Shown here one piece after another: positions 38,031-53,000 of a stretch of DNA of 64,000 nt (positions are counted from its first letter, which is position 1; the number at the start of each line of letters is the position of its first letter). The notes below the pieces were generated by a model. The model did not search any database. It had not been told where the DNA came from and worked only from the letters and a program-made list of their open reading frames with translations. A program made the translations under genes and the position numbers. The stretch spans positions 248,062,001-248,126,000 of the forward strand of contig OZ024741.1 in the NCBI GenBank assembly GCA_964016885.1. Reading direction: 5' to 3'. This stretch comes from Eledone cirrhosa. Its lineage: Eukaryota.

Positions 38031-41000
38031 CTGAAAATTACCTCTCCTTGGACGGCTGGAAATTATCTCCCCTTGGCTGGAAATTATCTCCCCTTGGACG
38101 GCTAGAAATTATCTCTCTTTGGACGGCTGGAAATTATCTCCCTTTGATTTTTTTTACAAATTATCTCCCTCTGATTTTTTTTACAAATCTCCCCCTGATT
38201 TTTTAAAAAAAATTATCTCCCCTTCGCTGGCTGGAAATTATCTCCCCTTGGACACTGGAAATTATAGCCCCTTGGAGGGCTGGAAATTATCTTCTCTTGG
38301 ACGGCTGGAAATTATCTCCCCTTGATTTTTTTTACAAATTATCTCCGCCTGATTTTTTTTTTAAATTATCTCTCCTTGGACGGCTGGAAATTATCTCCCC
38401 TTGATTTTTTTTACAAATTATCTCCCCCTGATTTTTTTTACAAATTATCTCCCCCTGATTTTTTTTTACAACTTATCTGCGCCTGATTTTTTTTTAAAAA
38501 TTATCTCCCCTTGGACGGCTGGAAATTATCTCCCCTTGGACGGCTGGAAATTATCTCTCCTTGGACGGCTAGAATTTACCTCTCCTTGGACGGCTGAAAA
38601 TTATCTCCCCTTGCACGGCTGGAAATTACCTCCCCTTGATTTTTTTTACAAATTATCTCCCCCTGATTTTTTTTTACAAATTATCTCCCCCTGATTTTTG
38701 TTTACAAATTATCTCCCCTTGGACGGCTGGAAATTATCTCCCCTTGGACCGCTAGAAATTACCTCTCCTTGGACGGCTGAAAATTATCTCCCCTTGAACG
38801 GCTGGAAATTATCTCCCCTTGATTTTTTTACAAATTATCTCCCCCTGATTTTTTTTTACAAATTATCTCACCCTGATTTTTTTTACAAATTATCTACCCC
38901 TGATTTTTTTTCACAAATTATCTCCCCCTGATTTTTTTTACAAATTATCTCCCCCTGATTTTTTTTTTACAAATTATCTCCCCCTGATTTTTTTTACAAA
39001 TTATCTCCGCCTGATTTTTTTAAATATTATCTCTCCTTGGCTGGCGGGAAATTATCTTCCCTTGGACGGCTGGAAATTATCTCCCCTTGGAAGGATGGAA
39101 ATTATCTCCCCTTGGACGGCTGGAAATTATCTACCCCTGATTTTTTTTACAAATTATCTCCCCCTGATTTATTTTACAAATTATCTCCCCCTGATTTTTT
39201 TTTTTTAAATTATCTCCCCCTGATTTTTTTACAAATTATCTCCCCCTGATTTTTTTTACAAATTATCTCCGCCTGATTTTTTTAAATATTATCTTACCTT
39301 GGCTGGCGGGAAATTATCTCCCCTTGGACGGCTGAAAATTATCTCCCCTTGGACGGCTGGAAATTATCTCCCCTTGATTTTTTTTACAAATTATCTCCCC
39401 CTGATTTTTTTTTACAAATTATCTCCGCCTGATTTTTAAAAAAAAATTATCTCCCCTTCGCTGGCTGGAAATTATCTCCCCTTGGACGCTGGAAATTATA
39501 GCCCCTTGGAGGGCTGGAAATTATCTTCCCTTGGACGGCTGGAAATTATCTCCCCTTGATTTTTTTTACAAATTATCTCCCCCTGATTTTTTTTTACAAA
39601 TTATCTCCCCCTGATTTTTTTTTACAAATTATCTCCCCCTGATTTTTTTTTTACAAATTATCTCCGCCTGATTTTTTTAAAAAAATTATCTCCCCTTGGA
39701 CGGCTGGAAATTATCTCCCTTTGGACGGCTGGAAATTATCTCCCCTTGGACGGCTAGAAATTATCTCTCCTTGGACGGCTGAAAATTATCTCCCCTTGGA
39801 CGGCTGCAAATTATCTCCCCTTGATTTTTTTTACAAATTATCTCCCCCTGATTTTTTTTACAAATTATCTCCCCCTGATTTTTTTTACAAATTATCTACC
39901 CCTGATTTTTTTTACAAATTATCTCCCCCTGATTTTTTTTTACAAATTATCTCCCTCTGATTTTTTTTTACAAATTATCTCCCCCTGATTTTTTTTTTAC
40001 AAATTATCTCCCCCTGATTTTTTTACAAATTATCTCCCCCTGATTTTTTTTACAATCTCCGCCTGATTTTTTTAAAAATTATCTTCCCTTGGCTGGCGGG
40101 AAATTATCTCCCCTTGGACGGCTGGAAATTATCTCCCCTTGGAAGGATGGAAATTATCTCCCCTTGGACGGCTGGAAATTATCTCCCTTTGATTTTTTTT
40201 ACAAATTATCTCCCTCTGATTTTTTTTACAAATCTCCCCCTGATTTTTTTAAAAAAATTATCTCCCCTTCGCTGGCTGGAAATTATCTCCCCTTGGACAC
40301 TGGAAATTATAGCCCCTTGGAGGGCTGGAAATTATCTTCTCTTGGACGGCTGGAAATTATCTCCCCTTGATTTTTTTTACAAATTATCTCCGCCTGATTT
40401 TTTTTTTAAATTATCTCTCCTTGGACGGCTGGAAATTATCTCCCCTTGATTTTTTAAAAAATTATCTCCCCTTGGAAGGCTGGAAATTATCTCCCCTTGG
40501 CTGGAAATTATCTCCCCTTGGACGGCTAGAAATTATCTCTCTTTGGACGGCTGGAAATTATCACCCCTTGAGTTTTTTTACAAATTATCTCCCCCTGATT
40601 TTTTTTACAAATCTCCCAGTGATTTTTAAAAAAAAATTATCTCCCCTTCGCTGGCTGGAAATTATCTCCCCTTGGACGCTGGAAATTATAGCCCCTTGGA
40701 GGGCTGGAAATTATCTTCCCTTGGACGGCTGGAAATTATCTCCCCTTGATTTTTTTTACAAATTATCTCCCCCTGATTTTTTTTACAAATTATCTCCCCC
40801 TGATTTTTTTTTACAACTTATCTGCGCCTGATTTTTTTTAAAAAATTATCTCCCCTTGGACGGCTGGAAATTATCTCCCCTTGGACGGCTGGAAATTATC
40901 TCTCCTTGGACGGCTAGAATTTACCTCTCCTTGGACGGCTGAAAATTATCTCCCCTTGGACGGCTGGAAATTACCTCCCCTTGATTTTTTTTACAAATTA

Positions 41001-44000
41001 TCTCCCCCTGATTTTTTTTTACAAATTATCTCCCCCTGATTTTTTTTTACAAATTATCTCCCCCTGATTTTTTTTTACAAATTATCTCCCCCTGATTTTT
41101 TTTACAAATTATCTCCCCTTGGCTGGCTGGAAATTATCTCCCCTTGGAGGCTGGAACTTATCTCCCCTTGGACGGCTGGAACTTATCTCCCCTTGGACGG
41201 CTAGAAATTACCTCTCCTTGGACGGCTGGAAAATATGTCTCCTTGGACGGCTGGAAATTATCTCCCCTTGGACGGCTGGAAATTATCTCCCTTGGACGGC
41301 TGGAAATTATCTCCCCTTGGATGGCTAGATATTACCTCCCCTTGGACGGCTGGAAATTATCTCCCCTTGATTTTTTTTAGAAATTATCTCCCCCTGATTT
41401 TTTTTTACAAATTATCTCCCCCTGATTTTTTATTACAAATTATCTCCCCCTGATTTTTGTTTACAAATTATCTCCGCCTGATTTTTTTTTAAAAATTATC
41501 TCCCCTTGGACGGCTGGAAATTATCTCCCCTTGGACGGCTAGAAATTACCTCTCCTTGGACGGCTGAAAATTATCTCCACTTGGACGGCTGGAAATTATC
41601 TCCCCTTGATTTTTTTACAAATTATCTCCCCCTGATTTTTTTTTACAAATTATCTACCCCTGATTTTTTTTTACAAATTATCTACCCCTGATTTTTTTTT
41701 ACAAATTATCTCCCCCTGATTTTTTTTACAAATTATCTCCCTCTGATTTTTTTTTTACAAATTATCTCCCCCTGATTTTTTTACAAATTATCTCCCCCTG
41801 ATTTTTTTTACAAATTATCTCCGCCTGATTTTTTTAAATATTATCTCTCCTTGGCTGGCGGGAAATTATCTCCCCTTGGACGGCTGGAAATTATCTCCCC
41901 TTGGAAGGATGGAAATTATCTCCCCTTGGACGGCTGGAAATTATCTACCCCTGATTTTTTTTACAAATTATCTCCCCCTGATTTTTTTTACAAATTATCT
42001 CCCCCTGATTTTTTTTTACAAATTATCTACCCCTGATTTTTTTTACAAATTATCTCCCCCTGATTTTTTTTACAAATTATCTCCCCCTGATTTTTTTTTT
42101 ACAAATTATCTCCCCCTGATTTTTTTACAAATTATCTCCCCCTGATTTTTTTTACAAATTATCTCCCCTTGGAGGCTGGAATTTATCTCCCCTTGGACGG
42201 CTAGAAATTACCTCTCCTTGGACGGCTGGAAAATATGTCTCCTTGGACGGCTGGATATTATCTCCCCTTGGACGGCTGAAAATTATCTCCCCTTGGACGG
42301 CTGGAAATTATCTCCCCTTGATTTTTTTTACAAATTATCTCCCCCTGATTTTTTTTTACAAATTATCTCCCCCTGATTTTTTTTACAAATTATCTCCCCC
42401 TGATTTTTTTTTACAAATTATCTGCCGCTGATATTTTTTACAAATTATCTCCCCTTGGAGGCTGGAATTTATCTCCCCTTGGACGGCTAGAAATTACCTC
42501 TCCTTGGACGGCTGGAAAATATGTCTCCTTGGACAGCTGGATATTATCTCCCCTTGGACGGCTGGAAATTATCTCCCCATGGACGGCTGGAAATTATCTC
42601 CCCTTGGACGGCTAGAAATTATCTCTCCTTGGACGGCTGAAAATTATCTCCCCTTGGACGGCTGCAAATTATCTCCCCTTGATTTTTTTTATAAATTATC
42701 TCCCCCTGATTTTTTTACAAATTATCTCCCCCTGATTTTTTTTACAAATTATCTACCCCTGATTTTTTTTACAAATTATCTCCCCCTGATTTTTTTTTAC
42801 AAATTATCTACCTCTGATTTTTTTTTACAAATTATCTCCCCCTGATTTTTTTTTTACAAATTATCTTCCCCTGATTTTTTTACAAATTATCTCCCCCTGA
42901 TTTTTTTTACAATCTCCGACTGATTTTTTTAAAAATTATCTTCCCTTGGCTGGCGGGAAATTATCTCCCCTTGGACGGCTGGAAATTATCTCCCCTTGGA
43001 AGGATGGAAATTATCTCCCCTTGGACGGCTGGAAATTATCTCCCCTTGCACGGCTGGAAATTATCTCCCCTTGGCTGGAAATTATCTCCCCTTGGACGGC
43101 TAGAAATTATCTCTCTTTGGACGGCTGGAAATTATCACCCCTTGAGTTTTTTACAAATTATCTCCCCCTGATTTTTTTTACAAATCTCCCAGTGATTTTT
43201 AAAAAAAATTATCTCCCCTTGGACGGCTGGAAATTATCTCCCCTTGGACGGCTGGAAATTATCTCGCCTTGGACAGCTAGAATTTACCTCTCCTTGGACG
43301 GCTGAAAATTATCTCCCCTTGGGCGGCTGGAAATTATCTCCCCTTGATTGTTTTTACAAATTATCTCCCCCTGATTTTTTTTACAAATTATCTCCCCCTG
43401 ATTTTTTTTTACAAATTATCTGCCGCTGATTTTTTTTACAAATTATCTCCCCTTGGAGGCTGGAATTTATCTCCCCTTGGACGGCTAGAAATTACCTCTC
43501 CTTGGACGGCTGAAAATTATCTCCCCTTGGACGGCTGCAAATTATCTCCCCTTGATTTTTTTTATAAATTATCTCCCCCTGATTTTTTTTACAAATTATC
43601 TCCCCCTGATTTTTTTTACAAATTATCTACCCCTGATTTTTTTTACAAATTATCTCCCCCTGATTTTTTTTTACAAATTATCTACCTCTGATTTTTTTTT
43701 ACAAATTATCTCCCCCTGATTTTTTTTTTACAAATTATCTTCCCCTGATTTTTTTACAAATTATCTCCCCCTGATTTTTTTTACAATCTCCGCCTGATTT
43801 TTTTAAAAATTATCTTCCCTTGGCTGGCGGGAAATTATCTCCCCTTGGACGGCTGGAAATTATCTCCCCTTGGAAGGATGGAAATTATCTCCCCTTGGAC
43901 GGCTGGAAATTATCTCCCCTTGCACGGCTGGAAATTATCTCCCCTTGGCTGGAAATTATCTCCCCTTGGACGGCTAGAAATTATCTCTCTTTGGACGGCT

Positions 44001-47000
44001 GGAAATTATCACCCCTTGAGTTTTTTACAATTTATCTCCCCCTGATTTTTTTTACAAATCTCCCAGTGATTTTTTAAAAAAATTATCTCCCCTTGGACGG
44101 CTGGAAATTATCTCCCCTTGGACGGCTGGAAATTATCTCGCCTTGGACGGCTAGAATTTACCTCTCCTTGGAAGGCTGAAAATTATCTCCCCTTGGACGG
44201 CTGGAAATTATCTCCCCTTGATTTTTTTTACAAATTATCTCCCTCTGATTTTTTTTTACAAATTATCTCCCCCTGATTTTTTTTTACAAATTATCTCCCC
44301 CTGATTTTTTTTTACAAATTATCTCCCCCTGATTTTTTTTTACAAATTATCTCCCCCCTGATTTTTTTACAAATTATCTCCCCTTGGCTGGCTGGAAATT
44401 ATCTCCCCTTGGAGGCTGGAACTTATCTCCCCTTGGACGGCTAGAAATTACCTCTCCTTGGACGGCTGGAAAATATGTCTCCTTGGACGGACGGATATTA
44501 TCTCCCCTTGGACGGCTGGAAATTATCTCCCCTTGGACGGCTGGAAATTATCTCCCCTTGGATGGCTAGATATTACCTCCCCTTGGACGGCTGGAAATTA
44601 TCTCCCCTTGATTTTTTTTACAAATTATCTCCCCCTGATTTTTTTTTACAAATTATCTCCCCCTGATTTTTTTTTAAAAATTATCTCCCCCTGATTTTTG
44701 TTTACAAATTATCTCCGCCTGATTTTTTTTTAAAAATTATCTACCCTTGGACGGCTGGAAATTATCTCCCCTTGGACGGCTGGAAATTATATCTCCTTGG
44801 ACGGCTAGAATTTACCTCTCCTTGGACGGCTGAAAATTATCTCCCCTTGGACGGCTGGAAATTATCTCCCCTTGATTTTTTTTACAAATTATCTCCCCCT
44901 GATTTTTTTTTACAAATTATCTCCCCCTGATTTTTTTTTACAAATTATCTCCCCCTGATTTTTTTTTACAAATTATCTCCCCCTGATTTTTTTACAAATT
45001 ATCTCCCCTTGGCTGGCTGGAAATTATCTCCCCTTGGAGGCTGGAACTTATCTCCCCTTGGACGGCTAGAAATTACCTCTCCTTGGACGGCTGGAAAATA
45101 TGTCTCCTTGGACGGCTGGATATTATCTCCCCTTGGACGGCTGGAAATTATCTCCCCTTGGACGGCTGGAAATTATCTCCCCTTGGATGGCTAGATATTA
45201 CCTCCCCTTGGACGGCTGGAAATTATCTCCCTTTGATTTTTTTTACAAATTATCTCCCCCTGATTTTTTTTTACAAATTATCTCCCCCTGATTTTTTTTT
45301 ACAAATTATCTCCCCCTGATTTTTATTTACAAATTATCTCCGCCTGATTTTTTTAAAAAAATTATCTCCCCTTGGACGGCTGGAAATTATCTCCCCTTGG
45401 ACGGCTAGAAATTACCTCTCCTTGGACGGCTGAAAATTATCTCCCCTTGGACGGCTGGAAATTATCTCCCCTTGATTTTTTTACAAATTATCTCCCCCCG
45501 ATTTTTTTTTTACAAATTATCTCCCCCTGATTTTTTTTTACAAATTATCTACCCCTGATTTTTTTTTACAAATTATCTCCCCCTGATTTTTTTTACAAAT
45601 TATCTCCCCCTGATTTTTTTTTTACAAATTATCTCCCCCTGATTTTTTTACAAATTATCTCCCCCTGATTTTTTTTACAAATTATCTCCGCCTGATTTTT
45701 TTAAATATTATCTCTCCTTGGCTGGCGGGAAATTATCTCCCCTTGGACGGCTGGAAATTATCTCCCCTTGGAAGGATGGAAATTATCTCCCCTTGGACGG
45801 CTGGAAATTATCTACCCCTGATTTTTTTTACAAATTATCTCCCCCTGATTTTTTTTACAAATTATCTCCCCCTGATTTTTTTTACAAATTATCTACCCCT
45901 GATTTTTTTTACAAATTATCTCCCCCTGATTTTTTTTACAAATTATCTCCCCCTGATTTTTTTTTTACAAATTATCTCCCCCTGATTTTTTTACAAATTA
46001 TCTCCCCCTGATTTTTTTTACAAATTACCTCCGCCTGATTTTTTTAATTATTATCTTCCCTTGGCTGGCGGGAAATTATCTCCCCTTGGACGGCTGAAAA
46101 TTATCTCCCCTTGGACGGCTGGAAATTATCTCCCCTTGATTTTTTTACAAATTATCTCCCCCTGATTTTTTTTTTACAAATTATCTCACCCTGATTTTTT
46201 TTACAAATTATCTACCCCTGATTTTTTTTTACAAATTATCTCCCCCTGATTTTTTTTAAAAATTATCTCCCTCTGATTTTTTTTTTACAAATTATCTCCC
46301 CCTGATTTTTTTACAAATTATCTCCCCCTGATTTTTTTTACAAATTATCTCCGCCTGATTTTTTTAAATATTATCTCTCCTTGTCTGGCGGGAAATTATC
46401 TCCCCTTGGACGGCTGGAAATTATCTCCCTTTGGAAGGATGGAAATTATCTCCCCTTGGACGGCTGGAAATTATCTCCCCTTGATTTTTTTTACAAATTA
46501 TCTCCCCCTGATTTTTTTTTACAAATTATCTCCGCCTGATTTTTAAAAAAAAATTATCTCCCCTTCGCTGGCTGGAAATTATCTCCCCTTGGACGCTGGA
46601 AATTATAGCCCCTTGGAGGGCTGGAAATTATCTTCCCTTGGACGGCTGTAAATTATCTCCCCTTTATTTTTTTTACAAATTATCTCCCCCTGATTTTTTT
46701 TTACAAATTATCTCCCCCTGATTTTTTTTTACAAATTATCTCCCCCTGATTTTTTTTTTACAAATTATCTCCGCCTGATTTTTTAAAAAAAATTATCTCC
46801 CCTTGGACGGCTGGAAATTATCTCCCTTTGGACGGCTGGAAATTATCTCCCCTTGGACGGCTAGAAATTATCTCTCCTTGGACGGCTGAAAATTATCTCC
46901 CCTTGGACGGCTGCAAATTATCTCCCCTTGATTTTTTTTACAAATTATCTCCCCCTGATTTTTTTTACAAATTATCTCCCCCTGATTTTTTTTACAAATT

Positions 47001-50000
47001 ATCTACCCCTGATTTTTTTTACAAATTATCTCCCCCTGATTTTTTTTTACAAATTATCTCCCTCTGATTTTTTTTTACAAATTATCTCCCCCTGATTTTT
47101 TTTTTACAAATTATCTCCCCCTGATTTTTTTACAAATTATCTCCCCCTGATTTTTTTACAAATTATCTCCCCCTGATTTTTTTTACAATCTCCGCCTGAT
47201 TTTTTTAAAAATTATCTTCCCTTGGCTGGCGGGAAATTATCTCCCCTTGGACGGCTGGAAATTATCTCCCCTTGGAAGGATGGAAATTATCTCCCCTTGG
47301 ACGGCTGGAAATTATCTCCCTTTGATTTTTTTTACAAATTATCTCCCTCTGATTTTTTTTACAAATCTCCCCCTGATTTTTTTAAAAAAATTATCTCCCC
47401 TTCGCTGGCTGGAAATTATCTCCCCTTGGACACTGGAAATTATAGCCCCTTGGAGGGCTGGAAATTATCTTCTCTTGGACGGCTGGAAATTATCTCCCCT
47501 TGATTTTTTTTACAAATTATCTCCGCCTGATTTTTTTTTTAAATTATCTCTCCTTGGACGGCTGGAAATTATCTCCCCTTGATTTTTTAAAAAATTATCT
47601 CCCCTTGGAAGGCTGGAAATTATGTCCCCTTGGCTGGAAATTATCTCCCCTTGGACGGCTAGAAATTATCTCTCTTTGGACGGCTGGAAATTATCACCCC
47701 TTGAGTTTTTTTACAAATTATCTCCCCCTGATTTTTTTTACAAATCTCCCAGTGATTTTTTAAAAAAAATTATCTCCCCTTCGCTGGCTGGAAATTATCT
47801 CCTCTTGGACGCTGGAAATTATAGCCCCTTGGAGGGCTGGAAATTATCTTTCCTTGGACGGCTGGAAATTATCTCCCCTTGATTTTTTTTACAAATTATC
47901 TCCCCCTGATTTTTTTTACAAATTATCTCCCCCTGATTTTTTTTTACAAATTATCTGCGCCTGATTTTTTTTAAAAAATTATCTCCCCTTGGACGGCTGG
48001 AAATTATCTCCCCTTGGACGGCTGGAAATTATCTCTCCTTGGACGGCTAGAATTTACCTCTCCTTGGACGGCTGAAAATTATCTCCCCTTGGACGGCTGG
48101 AAATTACCTCCCCTTGATTTTTTTTACAAATTATCTCCCCCTGATTTTTTTTTACAAATTATCTCCCCCTGATTTTTTTTTACAAATTATCTCCCCCTGA
48201 TTTTTTTTTACAAATTATCTCCCCCTGATTTTTTTTACAAATTATCTCCCCTTGGCTGGCTGGAAATTATCTCCCCTTGGAGGCTGGAACTTATCTCCCC
48301 TTGGACGGCTAGAAATTACCTCTCCTTGGACGGCTGGAAAATATGTCTCCTTGGACGGCTGGAAATTATCTCCCCTTGGACGGCTGGAAATTATCTCCCT
48401 TGGACGGCTGGAAATTATCTCCCCTTGGATGGCTAGATATTACGTCCCCTTGGACGGCTGGAAATTATCTCCCCTTGATTTTTTTTAGAAATTATCTCCC
48501 CCTGATTTTTTTTACAAATTATCTCCCCCTGATTTTTTATTACAAATTATCTCCCCCTGATTTTTGTTTACAAATTATCTCCGCCTGATTTTTTTTTAAA
48601 AATTATCTCCCCTTGGACGGCTGGAAATTATCTCCCCTTGGACGGCTAGAAATTACCTCTCCTTGGACGGCTGAAAATTATCTCCACTTGGACGGCTGGA
48701 AATTATCTCCCCTTGATTTTTTTACAAATTATCTCCCCCTGATTTTTTTTTACAAATTATCTACCCCTGATTTTTTTTTACAAATTATCTACCCCTGATT
48801 TTTTTTTACAAATTATCTCCCCCTGATTTTTTTTACAAATTATCTCCCCCTGATTTTTTTTTTACAAATTATCTCCCCCTGATTTTTTTACAAATTATCT
48901 CCCCCTGATTTTTTTTACAAATTATCTCCGCCTGATTTTTTTAAATATTATCTCTCCTTGGCTGGCGGGAAATTATCTCCCCTTGGACGGCTGGAAATTA
49001 TCTCCCCTTGGAAGGATGGAAATTATCTCCCCTTGGACGGCTGGAAATTATCTACCCCTGATTTTTTTTACAAATTATCTCCCCCTGATTTTTTTTACAA
49101 ATTATCTCCCCCTGATTTTTTTTTACAAATTATCTACCCCTGATTTTTTTTACAAATTATCTCACCCTGATTTTTTTTACAAATTATCTCCCCCTGATTT
49201 TTTTTTTACAAATTATCTCCCCCTGATTTTTTTACAAATTATCTCCCCCTGATTTTTTTTACAAATTATCTCCCCTTGGAGGCTGGAATTTATCTCCCCT
49301 TGGACGGCTAGAAATTACCTCTCCTTGGACGGCTGGAAAATATGTCTCCTTGGACGGCTGGATATTATCTCCCCTTGGACGGCTGAAAATTATCTCCCCT
49401 TGGACGGCTGGAAATTATCTCCCCTTGATTTTTTTTACAAATTATCTCCCCCTGATTTTTTTTTACAAATTATCTCTCCCTGATTTTTTTTACAAATTAT
49501 CTCCCCCTGATTTTTTTTTACAAATTTTCTGCCGCTGATTTTTTTTACAAATTATCTCCCCTTGGAGGCTGGAATTTATCTCCCCTTGGACGGCTAGAAA
49601 TTACCTCTCCTTGGACGGCTGGAAAATATGTCTCCTTGGACGGCTGGATATTATCTCCCCTTGGACGGCTGGAAATTATCTCCCCATGGACGGCTGGAAA
49701 TTATCTCCCCTTGGACGGCTAGAAATTATCTCTCCTTGGACGGCTGAAAATTATCTCCCCTTGGACGGCTGCAAATTATCTCCCCTTGATTTTTTTATAA
49801 ATTATCTCCCCCTGATTTTTTTTACAAATTATCTCCCCCTGATTTTTTTTACAAATTATCTACCCCTGATTTTTTTTACAAATTATCTCCCCCTGATTTT
49901 TTTTTACAAATTATCTACCTCTGATTTTTTTTTACAAATTATCTCCCCCTGATTTTTTTTTTACAAATTAACTTCCCCTGATTTTTTTACAAATTATCTC

Positions 50001-53000
50001 CCCCTGATTTTTTTTACAATCTCCGCCTGATTTTTTAAAAAATTATCTTCCCTTGGCTGGCGGGAAATTATCTCCCCTTGGACGGCTGGAAATTATCTCC
50101 CCTTGGAAGGATGGAAATTATCTCCCCTTGGACGGCTGGAAATTATCTCCCCTTGCACGGCTGGAAATTATCTCCCCTTGGCTGGAAATTATCTCCCCTT
50201 GGACGGCTAGAAATTATCTCTCTTTGGACGGCTGGAAATTATCACCCCTTGAGTTTTTTACAAATTATCTCCCCCTGATTTTTTTTACAAATCTCCCAGT
50301 GATTTTTTAAAAAAATTATCTCCCCTTGGACGGCTGGAAATTATCTCCCCTTGGACGGCTGGAAATTATCTCGCCTTGGACGGCTAGAATTTACCTCTCC
50401 TTGGACGGCTGAAAATTATCTCCCCTTGGGCGGCTGGAAATTATCTCCCCTTGATTTTTTTTACAAATTATCTCCCCCTGATTTTTTTTACAAATTATCT
50501 CCCCCTGATTTTTTTTTACAAATTATCTGCCGCTGATTTTTTTTACAAATTATCTCCCCTTGGAGGCTGGAATTTATCTCCCCTTGGACGGCTAGAATTT
50601 ACCTCTCCTTGGACGGCTGAAAATTATCTCCCCTTGGACGGCTGGAAATTATCTCCCCTTGATTTTTTTTACAAATTATCTCCCTCTGATTTTTTTTTAC
50701 AAATTATCTCCCCCTGATTTTTTTTTACAAATTATCTCCCCCTGATTTTTTTTTACAAATTATCTCCCCCTGATTTTTTTTACAAATTATCTCCCCCCTG
50801 ATTTTTTTACAAATTATCTCCCCTTGGCTGGCTGGAAATTATCTCCCCTTGGAGGCTGGAACTTATCTCCCCTTGGACGGCTAGAAATTACCTCTCCTTG
50901 GACGGCTGGAAAATATGTCTCCTTGGACGGACGGATATTATCTCCCCTTGGACGGCTGGAAATTATCTCCCCTTGGACGGCTGGAAATTATCTCCCCTTG
51001 GATGGCTAGATATTACCTCCCCTTGGACGGCTGGAAATTATCTCCCCTTGATTTTTTTTACAAATTATCTCCCCCTGATTTTTTTTTACAAATTATCTCC
51101 CCCTGATTTTTTTTTTAAAATTATCTCCCCCTGATTTTTGTTTACAAATTATCTCCGCCTGATTTTTTTTAAAAAATTATCTACCCTTGGACGGCTGGAA
51201 ATTATCTCCCCTTGGACGGCTGGAAATTATATCTCCTTGGACGGCTAGAATTTACCTCTCCTTGGACGGCTGAAAATTATCTCCCCTTGGACGGCTGGAA
51301 ATTATCTCCCCTTGATTTTTTTTACAAATTATCTCCCCCTGATTTTTTTTTACAAATTATCTCCCCCTGATTTTTTTTTACAAATTATCTCCCCCTGATT
51401 TTTTTTTACAAATTATCTCCCCCTGATTTTTTTACAAATTATCTCCCCTTGGCTGGCTGGAAATTATCTCCCCTTGGAGGCTGGAACTTATCTCCCCTTG
51501 GACGGCTAGAAATTACCTCTCCTTGGACGGCTGGAAAATATGTCTCCTTGGACGGCTGGATATTATCTCCCCTTGGACGGCTGGAAATTATCTCCCCTTG
51601 GACGGCTGGAAATTATCTCCCCTTGGATGGCTAGATATTACCTCCCCTTGGACGGCTGGAAATTATCTCCCTTTGATTTTTTTTACAAATTATCTCCCCC
51701 TTATTTTTTTTACAAATTATCTCCCCCTGATTTTTTTTTACAAATTATCTCCCCCTGATTTTTGTTTACAAATTATCTCCGCCTGATTTTTTTTAAAAAA
51801 TTATCTCCCCTTGGACGGCTGGAAATTATCTCCCCTTGGACGGCTAGAAATTACCTCTCCTTGGACGGCTGAAAATTATCTCCCCTTGGACGGCTGGAAA
51901 TTATCTCCCCTTGATTTTTTTACAAATTATCTCCCCCCGATTTTTTTTTTACAAATTATCTCCCCCTGATTTTTTTTTACAAATTATCTACCCCTGATTT
52001 TTTTTTACAAATTATCTCCCCCTGATTTTTTTTACAAATTATCTCCCCCTGATTTTTTTTTTACAAATTATCTCCCCCTGATTTTTTTACAAATTATCTC
52101 CCCCTGATTTTTTTTACAAATTATCTCCGCCTGATTTTTTTAAATATTATCTCTCCTTGGCTGGCGGGAAATTATCTCCCCTTGGACGGCTGGAAATTAT
52201 CTCCCCTTGGAAGGATGGAAATTATCTCCCCTTGGACGGCTGGAAATTATCTACCCCTGATTTTTTTTACAAATTATCTCCCCCTGATTTTTTTTACAAA
52301 TTATCTCCCCCTGATTTTTTTTACAAATTATCTACCCCTGATTTTTTTTACAAATTATCTCCCCCTGATTTTTTTTACAAATTATCTCCCCCTGATTTTT
52401 TTTTTACAAATTATCTCCCCCTGATTTTTTTACAAATTATCTCCCCCTGATTTTTTTTACAAATTATCTCCGCCTGATTTTTTTAAATATTATCTTCCCT
52501 TGGCTGGCGGGAAATTATCTCCCCTTGGACGGCTGAAAATTATCTCCCCTTGGACGGCTGGAAATTATCTCCCCTTGATTTTTTTACAAATTATCTCCCC
52601 CTGATTTTTTTTTTACAAATTATCTCACCCTGATTTTTTTTACAAATTATCTCCCCCTGATTTTTTTTTTACAAATTATCTCCCCCTGATTTTTTTACAA
52701 ATTATCTCCCCCTGATTTTTTTTACAAATTATCTCCGCCTGATTTTTTTAAATATTATCTCTCCTTGGCTGGCGGGAAATTATCTCCCCTTGGACGGCTG
52801 GAAATTATCTCCCCTTGGAAGGATGGAAATTATCTCCCCTTGGACGGCTGGAAATTATCTACCCCTGATTTTTTTTACAAATTATGTCCCCCTGATTTAT
52901 TTTACAAATTATCTCCCCCTGATTTTTTTTTAAAAAATTATCTCCCCCTGATTTTTTTACAAATTATCTCCCCCTGATTTTTTTTACAAATTATCTCCGC

